A DNA stretch of 64,000 bases from assembly GCA_027064135.1 (NCBI GenBank), contig JAMOQG010000044.1, forward strand, positions 16,274-80,273. Reading direction: 5' to 3'. This stretch comes from Peptostreptococcaceae bacterium. GTDB taxonomy: Bacteria > Bacillota > Clostridia > Peptostreptococcales > Acidaminobacteraceae. How positions within the stretch are numbered: position 1 is the stretch's first letter; the number at the start of each line of letters is the position of its first letter. The notes beneath the pieces were generated by a model that was not told the DNA's origin, ran no database searches, and worked only from the letters and a program-made list of their open reading frames with translations. The translations under genes were made by a program, and so were the position numbers. This document shows, piece after piece, positions 54,810-64,000 of the stretch.

Positions 54810-56273
54810 TTGCTAACAATTTTAATATTATTTTTTGTAATAGTTCTCTCAATTGTAAGTAATACAATTTTTATGAGTGGATATGATAAACTTGAAGAAG
54901 AATATGCATTATTTGAATATAATAGAGTTTTTAATGAATTTGAAGAGTATATAAATAAATTAAATGTAATTGTAAATGATTGGGCCACTTGGGATGATAC
55001 TTATTATTTTGTTGAAGAAAAGAATTTTGAATATATTGAATCTAATATTGTTAAGTCTACATTTGAAAATATTGGGTTAGATTATATTATCTTTTTAGAT
55101 AATAATAATGAGCTTATTTATTCTGGGCAATATGATAATGGAGTGGTAAGTAATAATGTTGATAAAAATGTGCTTAAACTTTTTAAAAATTCTAAAATAG
55201 GAGCTACAATTAATTATATAAATAATAAAAATTTGATTATAAATAAAGCTCAAGTATTTGATTCTGAAAAAGAGAGAGAATCAAATGGCATTATGATTTT
55301 TGCTTATTATTTATCAGAGGAAGAGTTATATGAAAAAGTAAATTTGAATTCAAACAATCAAGTTAAATATTTTAATAATGTAGATATAAATACTAATGAT
55401 AAATTTATATTAAATAAAGCTAAAAACAAAATGAACCTTGAGTTTTATTTGCCATATGCTAATAATAAAAAAACAATAAAAATACAAATTAATTTTTCAA
55501 ATGAAATTGCAAAGTTAGGAAAAGAAACAGGTTTGAATTTATTCTGGTTTTATTTTTCAAGTATTTTTATACTAGTAGCTGTATTATTAATGACTTTAAA
55601 TAAATGCATAGTAGATAGGATAATATATTTAAATGATTCTATAAAAAAAATTTCAGATGAGAAAAATTTATCAAAACGTATTAAAATAAAGGGAAAATCT
55701 AAAGATGAAATTTTTGAACTTAAAATAAGTATTAATAAGATGCTTGATAAAATAGAAAATTTGCAAAAAGAATTAGTTAATTTTGCAACTGTTGATGAGT
55801 TGACAGGTGTTTATAATAGAAGAGTTGGTTTAGAAAAATTAGAAAGGAATATTATTGAAATAACAGAATTAAATAATCCTCTTACTATATGTTATATTGA
55901 TATTAATAATTTGAAGATTGTTAATGATGAATTAGGACATAATTTTGGAGATTTATTAATTTTAGATGTAGTTGAACTTATTAAAAAAAATATTAGAGAT
56001 ACAGATTATATTTCAAGGTTTGGAGGAGATGAATTTGTTTTAGTATTATCAAATACTAATGTAGAAAATGCTGAAATTATTACAAACAGAATTCAAAATT
56101 CTATTCAAGATTTTAATGAAATATCAGATAAAAATTACCTTGTAAGTATTAGTTTGGGAATTATCGAATATAATGGAATAGAAACTTTAGATGAATTAAT
56201 TGAAAGAGCAGATTTCAAAATGTATGAAAATAAGATATTAATAAAATCAAAACTTAGAAATATTTTAAAATAA
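54810..56273 (+). CDS. CHASE4-TM-HAMP-GGDEF diguanylate cyclase (start ambiguous, possible frameshift)
   Basis: 487 aa. CHASE4-like DWATWDDTYYFV. Second TM, then a HAMP-like segment. GGDEF domain with intact RFGGDEF and I-site RDTD five residues upstream. The SD-supported ATG at 54785 is out of frame by one T. Confidence 0.8.
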   Translation: MLTILILFFVIVLSIVSNTIFMSGYDKLEEEYALFEYNRVFNEFEEYINKLNVIVNDWATWDDTYYFVEEKNFEYIESNIVKSTFENIGLDYIIFLDNNNELIYSGQYDNGVVSNNVDKNVLKLFKNSKIGATINYINNKNLIINKAQVFDSEKERESNGIMIFAYYLSEEELYEKVNLNSNNQVKYFNNVDINTNDKFILNKAKNKMNLEFYLPYANNKKTIKIQINFSNEIAKLGKETGLNLFWFYFSSIFILVAVLLMTLNKCIVDRIIYLNDSIKKISDEKNLSKRIKIKGKSKDEIFELKISINKMLDKIENLQKELVNFATVDELTGVYNRRVGLEKLERNIIEITELNNPLTICYIDINNLKIVNDELGHNFGDLLILDVVELIKKNIRDTDYISRFGGDEFVLVLSNTNVENAEIITNRIQNSIQDFNEISDKNYLVSISLGIIEYNGIETLDELIERADFKMYENKILIKSKLRNILK

Positions 56274-56301
56274 GTTATGTAAATCAGAGAGGTGTTTTTA
56301 A

Positions 56302-59300
56302 ATGTATAGTTTAAATGAAATTATTAATAAAGCCAGTCATGAAACATATCAACATGGAGAAAAATGTTACTATGACGGAAAAGTTCAAAATGTTCATATC
56401 TACAATAACCGAACTAAATTTTTTATTAAAGATAAAGAAATTTATAATGTGGAAATTGAGATGTTGAATTTAAAGAACAAAGACAAAGCAAAATCTGTTT
56501 ATTGTTCGTGTGGCTATACTGGTAATGGTGATGTTTGTAAACATATTATTGCTGCTGTTTTATATTTAAAAAATAATGGTTTAGAAAAACTTAAAGAAAT
56601 TGAAAATAAAGAATTAATGATGTTAAAAAATTCTAAAATGGTTAGTGTGAAAAATTATCTTGATAATTTAAATGCTGAAAAAGAAATTAATAAGAAAAAA
56701 ATATCAATTGAATATAACATCGATTTTACTAATGGAGTAGATGTTAGTTTAAGAATTGGAAAAGATAAAATGCACCCTGTAAAAGATATATTTGAATTAT
56801 CATATTTTTTTAATAGCAATATGAGCCAAATGTCATTTGGAGAAGAATTTATTTTTGATAAAGATAAGCATTATATTGGAAATGGTGATTTAAGAAATAT
56901 TAAGATACTTGAAATATTGCCGAGTTTAAGTATTAACGATTCAGTTGATAAAAGAAATGTACCACCTGAATTATTAATAAGAATTTTAAAACTTATGAAT
57001 AGTAAAACGGTTAATATTAAAATGAATAATGAGTATTATAGTAATGTTAAATGTATTTTTGATAAGAATTTAAAATTAAAACTTGATATAAAAAATGATT
57101 ATTTAACTTTTTCATGCGATTTAATGAAAGATGTAGTTTCATATAAATATGGTAAGATTGATGTTAAATTTAATGGTTCTTATTTAGGTCTATTTGAAGA
57201 GAGTAGTGAACTTTTATCAATTTTTGCTGATAAAGGAACTGGTAAAATAAAAATTGGCATGTCTGATGCTCAACATTTTATTGATACTTTATATAATGAA
57301 AGATATAAAGAAAATATTATTATTGAAAAAGATTTGAGTAAATTAATTGAAAAGAAGAAATTTAACGTTGAAATATATCTTTTGAAAAATGGAAGTTTAA
57401 TAAATGCAAAAGTAAAATTTATTGAAAAAAAGAAAAAATTAATGTTTACTGTGCTCAATGATATCGAGAGAAGTGAAAATGAAAATATAATTGCTGAGAT
57501 TTTAAAAGGATACGGATTTATTAATACTGAAGGCAAATTTATATTAAAAGAGGATAGAAAAATATATTTATTTTTTAAAAATGGAATTAGTGAGTTGGAG
57601 AAAAATGAAAATATAGCAGTATATTATACTCAAAATTTAAAGAAATATTATAATAAATTGAATAATATTCATATTAATGTAACTGAATCTAATATAAATA
57701 TGCTTGATCTTAATTTGCAAATTGATAATTTTTCAAAAGAGGAAATGGTTGAAATTTTAAATGGAATTGTTGAAAAAAAGAAATTTATAAGATTAAGTAG
57801 TGAAAAATTTGTAGATTTAGATTCGGATTCAATTGAAGAATTAGAAACTATTTTAGAACAATTAGGCAATAAATCTATAACAACAAATAATTTTAAAATA
57901 AATAAATTTCAAGCAGTTGAGATGTTTCATAGAGTAGATAAGACTAAATTTGATTTAAATGATAGTGCAGGTGTTTCATTAATTTTAGATAAATTAATCA
58001 ATTTTAAGGAAGATAAAATTACAATTGATGTTTTGGCTGATGTTTTAAGAGAATATCAAAAAGAAGGAGTGATGTGGCTAAAATCTCTTGAAAGTTGTAA
58101 TTTGGGTGGGATATTAGCTGATGAAATGGGGCTTGGAAAAACAATTCAGGTTATTTCCTTGCTTGCTCATTCTAAAAATCAATCTTTAATTGTTGTACCT
58201 TCGAGTTTAATGTACAACTGGAAAAAAGAATTTGAAAAATTTATGCCTGAAATAAAAATACTTGTTATTACTGGAACAAAGAAAAAAAGACAAAAACTAA
58301 TAAGCGAGAAGGATAAGTATAAGGTTATTATTACATCATACCCATTGATTAGAAGAGATTTAGAATGTTTTATAGATACTGAATTTGAATACTGTATTTT
58401 GGATGAAGGGCAGTATATTAAAAACCCGGACACTAAAGTTTCAAAAAGTGTTAAAATGATAAATTCTAAATATAGAATTGTTTTATCAGGAACACCTATT
58501 GAGAATAATTTGATAGAACTGTGGTCTATTTTTGAATTTATTTTGCCTGGATATTTAAAAAGTCAATCTGTTTTTAAAAAAGAGTTTATTAAACGGGGGG
58601 AACGTGGACATGAGGATTTAATTAGATTGACAAGTCCTTTTATTTTAAGAAGAAAGAAAAAAGATGTGTTAAGTGAATTGCCTGAAAAAATTGTAAATGT
58701 TGTTTATTCAAAGTTAAATGATAAACAAATGAAAATTTATGATAGTTATTTATTAGATATGAAAGAAAGACTTAAAGAATTGTCAGATAAAAAAGGAATG
58801 GTTAACTCTCAAATTGAAATTCTTTCAGTTTTAACAAGGTTAAGACAAATATGTTGTGACCCTGGCCTTTTTATTAAAGGGTATAATGAGAAAAGTGGTA
58901 AAATTGAACTTCTTGAAGAATTAGTAGATGAGCTTTTGGAAGGGAATCATAAAATTTTAATTTTTTCACAATTTACGTCTATGCTTAGAATAATAGAAAA
59001 ATTATTAAAGAAAAAGAAAATTTCATATTCATATTTGGATGGTCAAGTAAAAGTTGTAAAAAGAGGAGAAATTATTGAAGATTTCACTTCTGGTAAAACA
59101 AATATATTTTTAATATCTTTGAAAGCAGGTGGAACTGGACTAAATTTAACTGAAGCTGATACTGTAATACATGTCGATCCATGGTGGAATCCTGCGGTTG
59201 AAGATCAAGCAACCGACAGAGCACATAGAATTGGCCAAAAAGATGTTGTAAATGTTTACAAAATAATTACTAGAAACACTATTGAAGAAAAAATATATGA

Positions 59301-59409
59301 AATTCAGTTGAGAAAAAGAAAGTTAATTGATAGTGTTATTGAAGCTAAAAATGTATCTGAGGCTTTTAATAGTAATGAAATTTTTGAAGTCTTGAATACT
59401 ATAATTTAG
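56302..59409 (+). CDS. SWIM zinc-finger + SNF2-family helicase (YwqA-like)
   Basis: 1035 aa. SWIM CSCGYTGNGDVCKHIIAAVLYL. SNF2 motifs LADEMGLGKT, ILDEGQYIKN, LSGTPIEN. Helicase-C GGTGLNLT.AD.VIH.DPWWNP.VEDQATDRAHRIGQ. Confidence 0.88.
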   Translation: MYSLNEIINKASHETYQHGEKCYYDGKVQNVHIYNNRTKFFIKDKEIYNVEIEMLNLKNKDKAKSVYCSCGYTGNGDVCKHIIAAVLYLKNNGLEKLKEIENKELMMLKNSKMVSVKNYLDNLNAEKEINKKKISIEYNIDFTNGVDVSLRIGKDKMHPVKDIFELSYFFNSNMSQMSFGEEFIFDKDKHYIGNGDLRNIKILEILPSLSINDSVDKRNVPPELLIRILKLMNSKTVNIKMNNEYYSNVKCIFDKNLKLKLDIKNDYLTFSCDLMKDVVSYKYGKIDVKFNGSYLGLFEESSELLSIFADKGTGKIKIGMSDAQHFIDTLYNERYKENIIIEKDLSKLIEKKKFNVEIYLLKNGSLINAKVKFIEKKKKLMFTVLNDIERSENENIIAEILKGYGFINTEGKFILKEDRKIYLFFKNGISELEKNENIAVYYTQNLKKYYNKLNNIHINVTESNINMLDLNLQIDNFSKEEMVEILNGIVEKKKFIRLSSEKFVDLDSDSIEELETILEQLGNKSITTNNFKINKFQAVEMFHRVDKTKFDLNDSAGVSLILDKLINFKEDKITIDVLADVLREYQKEGVMWLKSLESCNLGGILADEMGLGKTIQVISLLAHSKNQSLIVVPSSLMYNWKKEFEKFMPEIKILVITGTKKKRQKLISEKDKYKVIITSYPLIRRDLECFIDTEFEYCILDEGQYIKNPDTKVSKSVKMINSKYRIVLSGTPIENNLIELWSIFEFILPGYLKSQSVFKKEFIKRGERGHEDLIRLTSPFILRRKKKDVLSELPEKIVNVVYSKLNDKQMKIYDSYLLDMKERLKELSDKKGMVNSQIEILSVLTRLRQICCDPGLFIKGYNEKSGKIELLEELVDELLEGNHKILIFSQFTSMLRIIEKLLKKKKISYSYLDGQVKVVKRGEIIEDFTSGKTNIFLISLKAGGTGLNLTEADTVIHVDPWWNPAVEDQATDRAHRIGQKDVVNVYKIITRNTIEEKIYEIQLRKRKLIDSVIEAKNVSEAFNSNEIFEVLNTII

Positions 59410-59432
59410 ATTGGAATATCCCTAAAAAAACA

Positions 59433-59461
59433 TTTACAATTTGTTAATTGTATGATAATAT
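59433..59461 (+). promoter_or_regulatory. sigma-A promoter for rpsO (TTTACA-17 nt-TAATAT)
   Basis: Hexamers at 59433-59438 and 59456-59461 with 17-nt spacing. This leaves an 85-nt leader before rpsO. Confidence 0.5.
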
Positions 59462-59546
59462 TCTAATGTTGAACTTATGACTGCGTTATTCGAATACCTA
59501 ACGGATTTCTTCGTTGTAAGCGATTTTAAAATATGGAGGTGTATAA

Positions 59547-59813
59547 ATGATTACAAAAGAGCAAAAAGCTGAAATTGTCAAGGATTATGGTATTTCTGAA
59601 GGAGATACAGGATCTGCACAAGTACAAGTTGCATTATTAACTTACAGAATTAATGATTTAAATGAACATTTAAAAGTTCATAAAAAAGATCACCATTCTA
59701 GAAGAGGATTATTAATGATGGTTGGTAAAAGAGGAGCATTATTAAAATACTTAAGAAATAATGAAGAAGCCGAGTACAAGAAATTAATCAAAAGATTGAA
59801 ATTGAGAAAATAA
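59547..59813 (+). CDS. rpsO: 30S ribosomal protein S15
   Basis: 88 aa. GDTGS..VQVALLT.RI..L..H...[12 protein letters not shown] signature. Confidence 0.97.
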   Translation: MITKEQKAEIVKDYGISEGDTGSAQVQVALLTYRINDLNEHLKVHKKDHHSRRGLLMMVGKRGALLKYLRNNEEAEYKKLIKRLKLRK

Positions 59814-59821
59814 TTATAATG

Positions 59822-59846
59822 ATAGAGCGGATTTTCTCCGCTCTAT
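59822..59846 (+). terminator. rpsO terminator / pnp leader hairpin
   Basis: 10-bp stem ATAGAGCGGA/TCCGCTCTAT, loop TTTTC. The tail is T-poor, so read-through into pnp is likely. Confidence 0.6.
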
Positions 59847-59938
59847 TAGTTTATATTGTCCTACTTGGTATGAATGAAGCTCAAAAAATGTGTTGAGAGG
59901 TTCATAGCAAGTGGGATAATTAGTAAAGGAGGAATATA

Positions 59939-62050
59939 TTGAATATTGAAAGAAAAACATATTCATTAGATATTGCTGGAAAAACATTGAAAGTTGAGAT
60001 GGGTAGATTTGCAAATTTAGCAAATGCATCAGCAATGATCACATATGAAGAGACTTCTGTATTAACTGTTGCGACTGATTCAGGTAAAAGATCAACTATG
60101 GGTTTTTTTCCGTTAAGTGTAAATTATGAAGAAAAAATGTATGCTGCTGGAAAAATTCCAGGAGGATATTTAAAAAGAGAAGGAAGGCCTTCTGAAAATG
60201 CTACATTGGTTTCAAGAGTAATTGACCGTTCAATAAGACCGTTGTTCCCATCTGAATTTTCAAATGAAGTTCAAATAATAGCAACTGTTATGTCAGTAGA
60301 TCGTGAAGTCCCTGCTGATATGCTAGCAATGCTTGGAGCATCTATTGCATTATCTGTTTCTGATATTCCATTTGAAAAACCAATTGCAGGCGTTAAAATT
60401 GGATATGTTAATAATGAGTTTGTTGTTAATCCATCTGATAAAGTATTAGAAGAATCTGCAATGGATTTAGTGGTTGCTGGAACAAAAGATGCTGTTGTAA
60501 TGGTTGAAGCTGGAGCTAAAATGGTTCCTGATAGTATAATGCTTGAAGCTATTTTGTTTGCACATGAAGAAATAAAAAAAATAGTAGCATTTATTGAAAT
60601 GATAGTAGATGAAATTGGCGTTGAAAAGCGTGAAGTTATAAAAGAAGAAATTGATGAAGAATTTTATAATAAAGTGTTTGATGAAATGACTGATGATGTT
60701 GATAAAGCAATGAGAATTGCAGATAAGCATGAAAGAAATGATTTCATATCTGAAGTAAAAGAAAATATGATAACTAAATATAAAGAAATTCTTGAAGAAA
60801 ATGAAGGAAATCTTAAATTAATTGGGAAGGCGCTTGAAGCTTTACAGAAAAAAACAGTAAGAAAAATGATTATTGAGGAGAAAATAAGACCTGATGGTAG
60901 AGCATTTGATGAAATTAGACCTTTAAGTTCAGATGTAAATATATTACCAAGAGTACATGGAACTGGTTTATTCCAAAGAGGTGTAACTCAAGCACTTTCA
61001 ATAGTAACTTTAGGTGCAGCAGGTGATGCTCAAAGATTAGACGGATTAGAAGCTACAACTACAAAAAGATATATGCATCAGTACAATTTCCCACCATATT
61101 CTGTTGGTGAAACTGGAAGAATGTTTGTAAATAGACGTGCTATTGGTCACGGTGCTTTAGGTGAGCGTGCATTAGTACCTGTTTTACCTTCAGTTGAAGA
61201 ATTTCCATATGCAATTAGAGTGGTTTCTGAAGTTCTTACTTGTAATGGAAGTTCTTCTCAAGCGAGTATTTGTGGTTCAACTTTAGCTCTTTTAGATGCT
61301 GGTGTTCCTATCAAAGATTCAGTTGCAGGTATTGCAATGGGTCTTGTAAAAGAAGGAGATAAACTTCAAGTTTTAACTGATATTCAAGGAATTGAAGATT
61401 TCTATGGAAATATGGATTTTAAAGTTGCTGGTACAAGAGAAGGAATTACAGCTCTTCAAATGGATATTAAAATGGATGGTTTAAGTAAAGAATTATTAGA
61501 AGAAGCTTTAAATGCAGGTAAAAAAGCAAGAAATCAAGTTCTTGACAATATGGCAACTGCAATAACAACGCCAAGAGAAGAATTGTCTAAATATGCTCCA
61601 AGAATTTTCAGTATTAAAATTGATCCTGAAAAAATCGGAAAAGTTATTGGACCTGGTGGAAAAACTATTACTAGAATTACAACTGATTTTAATGTGAAAA
61701 TTGATATTGATGATGATGGAATGGTATTAATTACTGCAAATGATAAAGAAACTGGAGAAGGCGCATTAAGTGAAATTGAAATGATAGTAAAAGAAGCTAA
61801 AGTAGGTGAAATTTATATTGGTACAATTAAAAAAATACTTAATTTTGGTGCTTTTGTTGAGCTTTTCCCTGGATCTGAAGGATTATGTCATATTTCACAA
61901 TTTACTCAAAAAAGACTTAAAAATATAGAAGACAGCTTTAAAGTTGGAGAAGAAATATTCGTTAAAGTTATTAAAATTGACGAAAAAGGAAGAGTTGATT
62001 TATCCAGAAAAGAAGCATTAAAAGATAAAGATATGGACGATGATAAATAG
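59939..62050 (+). CDS. pnp: polyribonucleotide nucleotidyltransferase (PNPase)
   Basis: 703 aa, TTG start after an AAGGAGGA SD. Two RNase PH domains (RPDGR, MDFKVAGT..GITALQMDIK), then KH (GPGGK.I) and S1 (G.V....FGAFVE) domains. Confidence 0.95.
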   Translation: MNIERKTYSLDIAGKTLKVEMGRFANLANASAMITYEETSVLTVATDSGKRSTMGFFPLSVNYEEKMYAAGKIPGGYLKREGRPSENATLVSRVIDRSIRPLFPSEFSNEVQIIATVMSVDREVPADMLAMLGASIALSVSDIPFEKPIAGVKIGYVNNEFVVNPSDKVLEESAMDLVVAGTKDAVVMVEAGAKMVPDSIMLEAILFAHEEIKKIVAFIEMIVDEIGVEKREVIKEEIDEEFYNKVFDEMTDDVDKAMRIADKHERNDFISEVKENMITKYKEILEENEGNLKLIGKALEALQKKTVRKMIIEEKIRPDGRAFDEIRPLSSDVNILPRVHGTGLFQRGVTQALSIVTLGAAGDAQRLDGLEATTTKRYMHQYNFPPYSVGETGRMFVNRRAIGHGALGERALVPVLPSVEEFPYAIRVVSEVLTCNGSSSQASICGSTLALLDAGVPIKDSVAGIAMGLVKEGDKLQVLTDIQGIEDFYGNMDFKVAGTREGITALQMDIKMDGLSKELLEEALNAGKKARNQVLDNMATAITTPREELSKYAPRIFSIKIDPEKIGKVIGPGGKTITRITTDFNVKIDIDDDGMVLITANDKETGEGALSEIEMIVKEAKVGEIYIGTIKKILNFGAFVELFPGSEGLCHISQFTQKRLKNIEDSFKVGEEIFVKVIKIDEKGRVDLSRKEALKDKDMDDDK

Positions 62051-62057
62051 TAATATT

Positions 62058-62083
62058 AAAAGCTGAGTTATCTCAGTTTTTTT
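62058..62083 (+). terminator. rho-independent terminator after pnp
   Basis: AAAAGCTGAG-TTAT-CTCAGTTTT followed by further T. Confidence 0.7.
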
Positions 62084-62125
62084 GTAAATTGATTAATGAA
62101 GGTAGGGGTTGTTTTGAGAAAATTT

Positions 62126-62593
62126 ATGAAAGTAAGTTTAGATCAATTTAAGAATGATTTTCACTCAAGTGATTATTTAAAAACATACAATGAAATTATT
62201 ATGCCTATTAGAGCAACAAACCTTTCGGCAGGGTATGATTTTTATAGTCCGAGTGAATATTTATTAAAATCTGGCGAAAGTATAAAAATACCTACAGGGA
62301 TTAGAGTTAAAATGCAAGATAATGAATGGCTTGGTATATACATTAGAAGTAGTATTGGATTTAAATATAATGTTCGACCTAAAAATTCAGTAGGAATAAT
62401 TGATTCTGATTATATAAATGCGAAAAATGAAGGTCACATTTGGGTTGCTCTTTATAATCATGGAGAAGAAGATTTGATTATTAAAAAAGGTGAGCCTTTT
62501 GCACAAGGAATTTTTCAGAAATATTTATTAGTTGAAAATGATGAACCAAAAGAGATACATCGAAATGGTGGAATAGGTTCAACAAATAGTTAA
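62126..62593 (+). CDS. dut: dUTP diphosphatase (trimeric dUTPase/dCTP deaminase superfamily)
   Basis: SAGYDFYSP, R.S and GIIDSDY motifs. Start is uncertain (ATG at 62126 or 62096). Confidence 0.8.
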   Translation: MKVSLDQFKNDFHSSDYLKTYNEIIMPIRATNLSAGYDFYSPSEYLLKSGESIKIPTGIRVKMQDNEWLGIYIRSSIGFKYNVRPKNSVGIIDSDYINAKNEGHIWVALYNHGEEDLIIKKGEPFAQGIFQKYLLVENDEPKEIHRNGGIGSTNS

Positions 62594-62600
62594 TTATTAT

Positions 62601-62629
62601 AAAGGTTTCATATTATGAAGCCTTTTTTT
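62601..62629 (+). terminator. rho-independent terminator after dut
   Basis: AAAGGTTTCA-TATTA-TGAAGCCTTT (10 bp, one G.U) followed by TTTT. Confidence 0.7.
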
Positions 62630-62707
62630 GTTGTATTGGAAAAATATTATAAATTCACTTCTTGGTATGATATAATTGTAGTTGGAAATTGCTGTTGGAG
62701 GTGTATT

Positions 62708-64000
62708 TTGGCTAAAGAGAAAAAAGCGAAGAAAAATTCAGTCATCAAAAAAACTAATAAAACTAATAAAGCTAATAAAGTTAAGAATACTAAAAAAATA
62801 AATGAAAAGAAATTAAATAAAGAAAAGAATAAACAAAGAAATATTATTTTGTATGAAATAAAATTAATATGCTTGTTTGCAATAACTATTTTAATGGTAC
62901 TTTCATTTCATACTGAATCAGTTGGAATAATAGGGAGTTTTATAAATAATGTATTTAAAGGCTTATTTTCAAAAGCTGCTTATATTTTTCCATATCTTAT
63001 TTTCATTGCAATATTTGTTAGTATTAATAAGAATTTTAAAAGATCTAGTGTTAGGGTTGTTATAGCATTTATTTTAATGTTTTCAGCAGTTTTATTATTT
63101 ATTTCAGTACCAGTATATGATTTGTTTTCACATGGTTTAAAATGGAGTAAAGTTAATATTTTTTCTATTGAAGGTCTCAAAGAATCATTTGAAAATGGAA
63201 TTAATTTGCATGGTGGAGGAGTAATTGGAAATTTACTTACTTATTTATTTTATAATTTAATAGGAAAACTTGGAATTTATTTAATAATAATTGTTAATTT
63301 AACTGTTTCAATATTATTGATTACAAATTATTCTTTGAAAAGAGGATTTAATGTAATTAAAAAAAGAAGTGGTAACTTTTATGAATCGTATGAACATAAA
63401 AAAATTGAAAATAAGATTCATATTAATAGTAGAACAATCAACAATATTAAAAAGGAAAGTACAAGAGGTGTTAAACAAGGGTTTCGCGTAAGTTCTGTAC
63501 TAGATGATAAAAGTGAAGTTAAAAAAGATGTGGGAACAGATTTAGAAAAAGATATTCAAATAAATGATTATGTGGATAAACAAGATGAGTTTTTAGAAAC
63601 GGAATATGTTAGTTCTGAACCAATAATTGAGAAAACTATTAAGTCAAAGAAAAAAAATAAAATTGAAACTGATATTAAAGAGGTTGAAAAAATTGAAAAA
63701 GAACTTGATGAGAATTCTCATATTCAATTTCCTGATTATGTTTTACCAAGGCTTAATTTACTAGATAGAGTTAAAACTAATAAACGTACCAATCATACTG
63801 AATATAGGGAAAATGCAGATATATTATTTAATACTTTAAAGAATTTTAATGTTGATGGTAAAATTATATCTATTACTAATGGACCTGCTTTAACGCGTTA
63901 TGAATTTCAACCATCACCTGGAATTAAAGTAAGCAAAATAAGAAATTTAAGTGATGATATTGCATTAAAATTAGCTGTTCCAAGAGTAAGAATTGCTCCT
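62708..64000 (+). CDS. ftsK: DNA translocase FtsK/SpoIIIE, N-terminal part (runs off the window)
   Basis: Not in the ORF track because no stop is reached. TTG at 62708 follows a GGAGGTG SD. My own translation gives a basic N-terminus, four TM segments and a linker. It then reads ..LPRLNLLD......ENADIL..TL.NF.V.GKI..I..GPALTRYEFQP.PGIKVSKI..L.DDIAL.LA, the FtsK alpha-domain signature. The frame is open through 64000. Confidence 0.85.
   Translation, partial: MAKEKKAKKNSVIKKTNKTNKANKVKNTKKINEKKLNKEKNKQRNIILYEIKLICLFAITILMVLSFHTESVGIIGSFINNVFKGLFSKAAYIFPYLIFIAIFVSINKNFKRSSVRVVIAFILMFSAVLLFISVPVYDLFSHGLKWSKVNIFSIEGLKESFENGINLHGGGVIGNLLTYLFYNLIGKLGIYLIIIVNLTVSILLITNYSLKRGFNVIKKRSGNFYESYEHKKIENKIHINSRTINNIKKESTRGVKQGFRVSSVLDDKSEVKKDVGTDLEKDIQINDYVDKQDEFLETEYVSSEPIIEKTIKSKKKNKIETDIKEVEKIEKELDENSHIQFPDYVLPRLNLLDRVKTNKRTNHTEYRENADILFNTLKNFNVDGKIISITNGPALTRYEFQPSPGIKVSKIRNLSDDIALKLAVPRVRIAP

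Noticed and set aside
59462-59546. S15 autoregulatory leader upstream of rpsO.
   Set aside because: An 85-nt leader exists and short helices (CGTTA/TAACG, CGAA/TTCG) can be drawn. I could not build a convincing three-way junction or pseudoknot by hand.
39815-59546. Mobile-element hallmarks in the accessory region (integrase, transposase, tRNA attachment site, inverted terminal repeats), and CRISPR arrays or retron-like reverse transcriptases anywhere in the window.
   Set aside because: None of the translated ORFs shows recombinase, transposase, Cas or RT motifs. I saw no regularly spaced repeats and no tRNA or rRNA genes. Only the direct repeat reported above supports mobility.

Overview
AT-rich (about 30% GC from hand counts of a few lines) Firmicutes-type chromosome segment, recognised by PolC and a Bacillus/Clostridia-style fla/che operon. 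Almost all genes are on the + strand.

- 0.1-22.0 kb: the distal part of a fla/che operon (flgE flbD motAB fliL fliM fliY cheY fliO fliPQR flhBA flhFG pilZ cheBAWCD sigD DUF342, plus two small tail genes).
- 22.1-39.8 kb: a conserved housekeeping block, rpsB-tsf-pyrH-frr-uppS-cdsA-dxr-rseP-ispG-polC followed by rimP-nusA-infB-rbfA-nrnA-ribF.
- 59.5-64.0 kb: rpsO-pnp-dut-ftsK (5' part only).
- 39.8-59.5 kb: about 19.7 kb of accessory DNA between ribF and rpsO, which are normally neighbours. It holds an MCP 3' remnant, about 0.55 kb of decayed sequence and a PfkB kinase-CdaR pair. Next comes a tightly packed 11.6 kb operon: rbsK, two CUT1 ABC permeases plus a lipoprotein binding protein (no ATPase), two ADP-ribosylglycohydrolase (ARH)-family genes, citD-citE-citF, DUF1232 and a CaCA exchanger. 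A CHASE4-HAMP-GGDEF cyclase and a SWIM-SNF2 helicase follow.

Three observations stand out.
1. The ARH genes are translationally coupled to an orphan citDEF; no citC, citX or citG is in the window.
2. A 14.5 kb block is bracketed by near-identical copies of one terminator/promoter segment.
3. The GGDEF gene appears frameshifted in a T5 run directly after its Shine-Dalgarno (SD)-supported ATG.

All calls rest on motif recognition in the supplied translations and on hand-paired hairpins. No database search or folding program was available.
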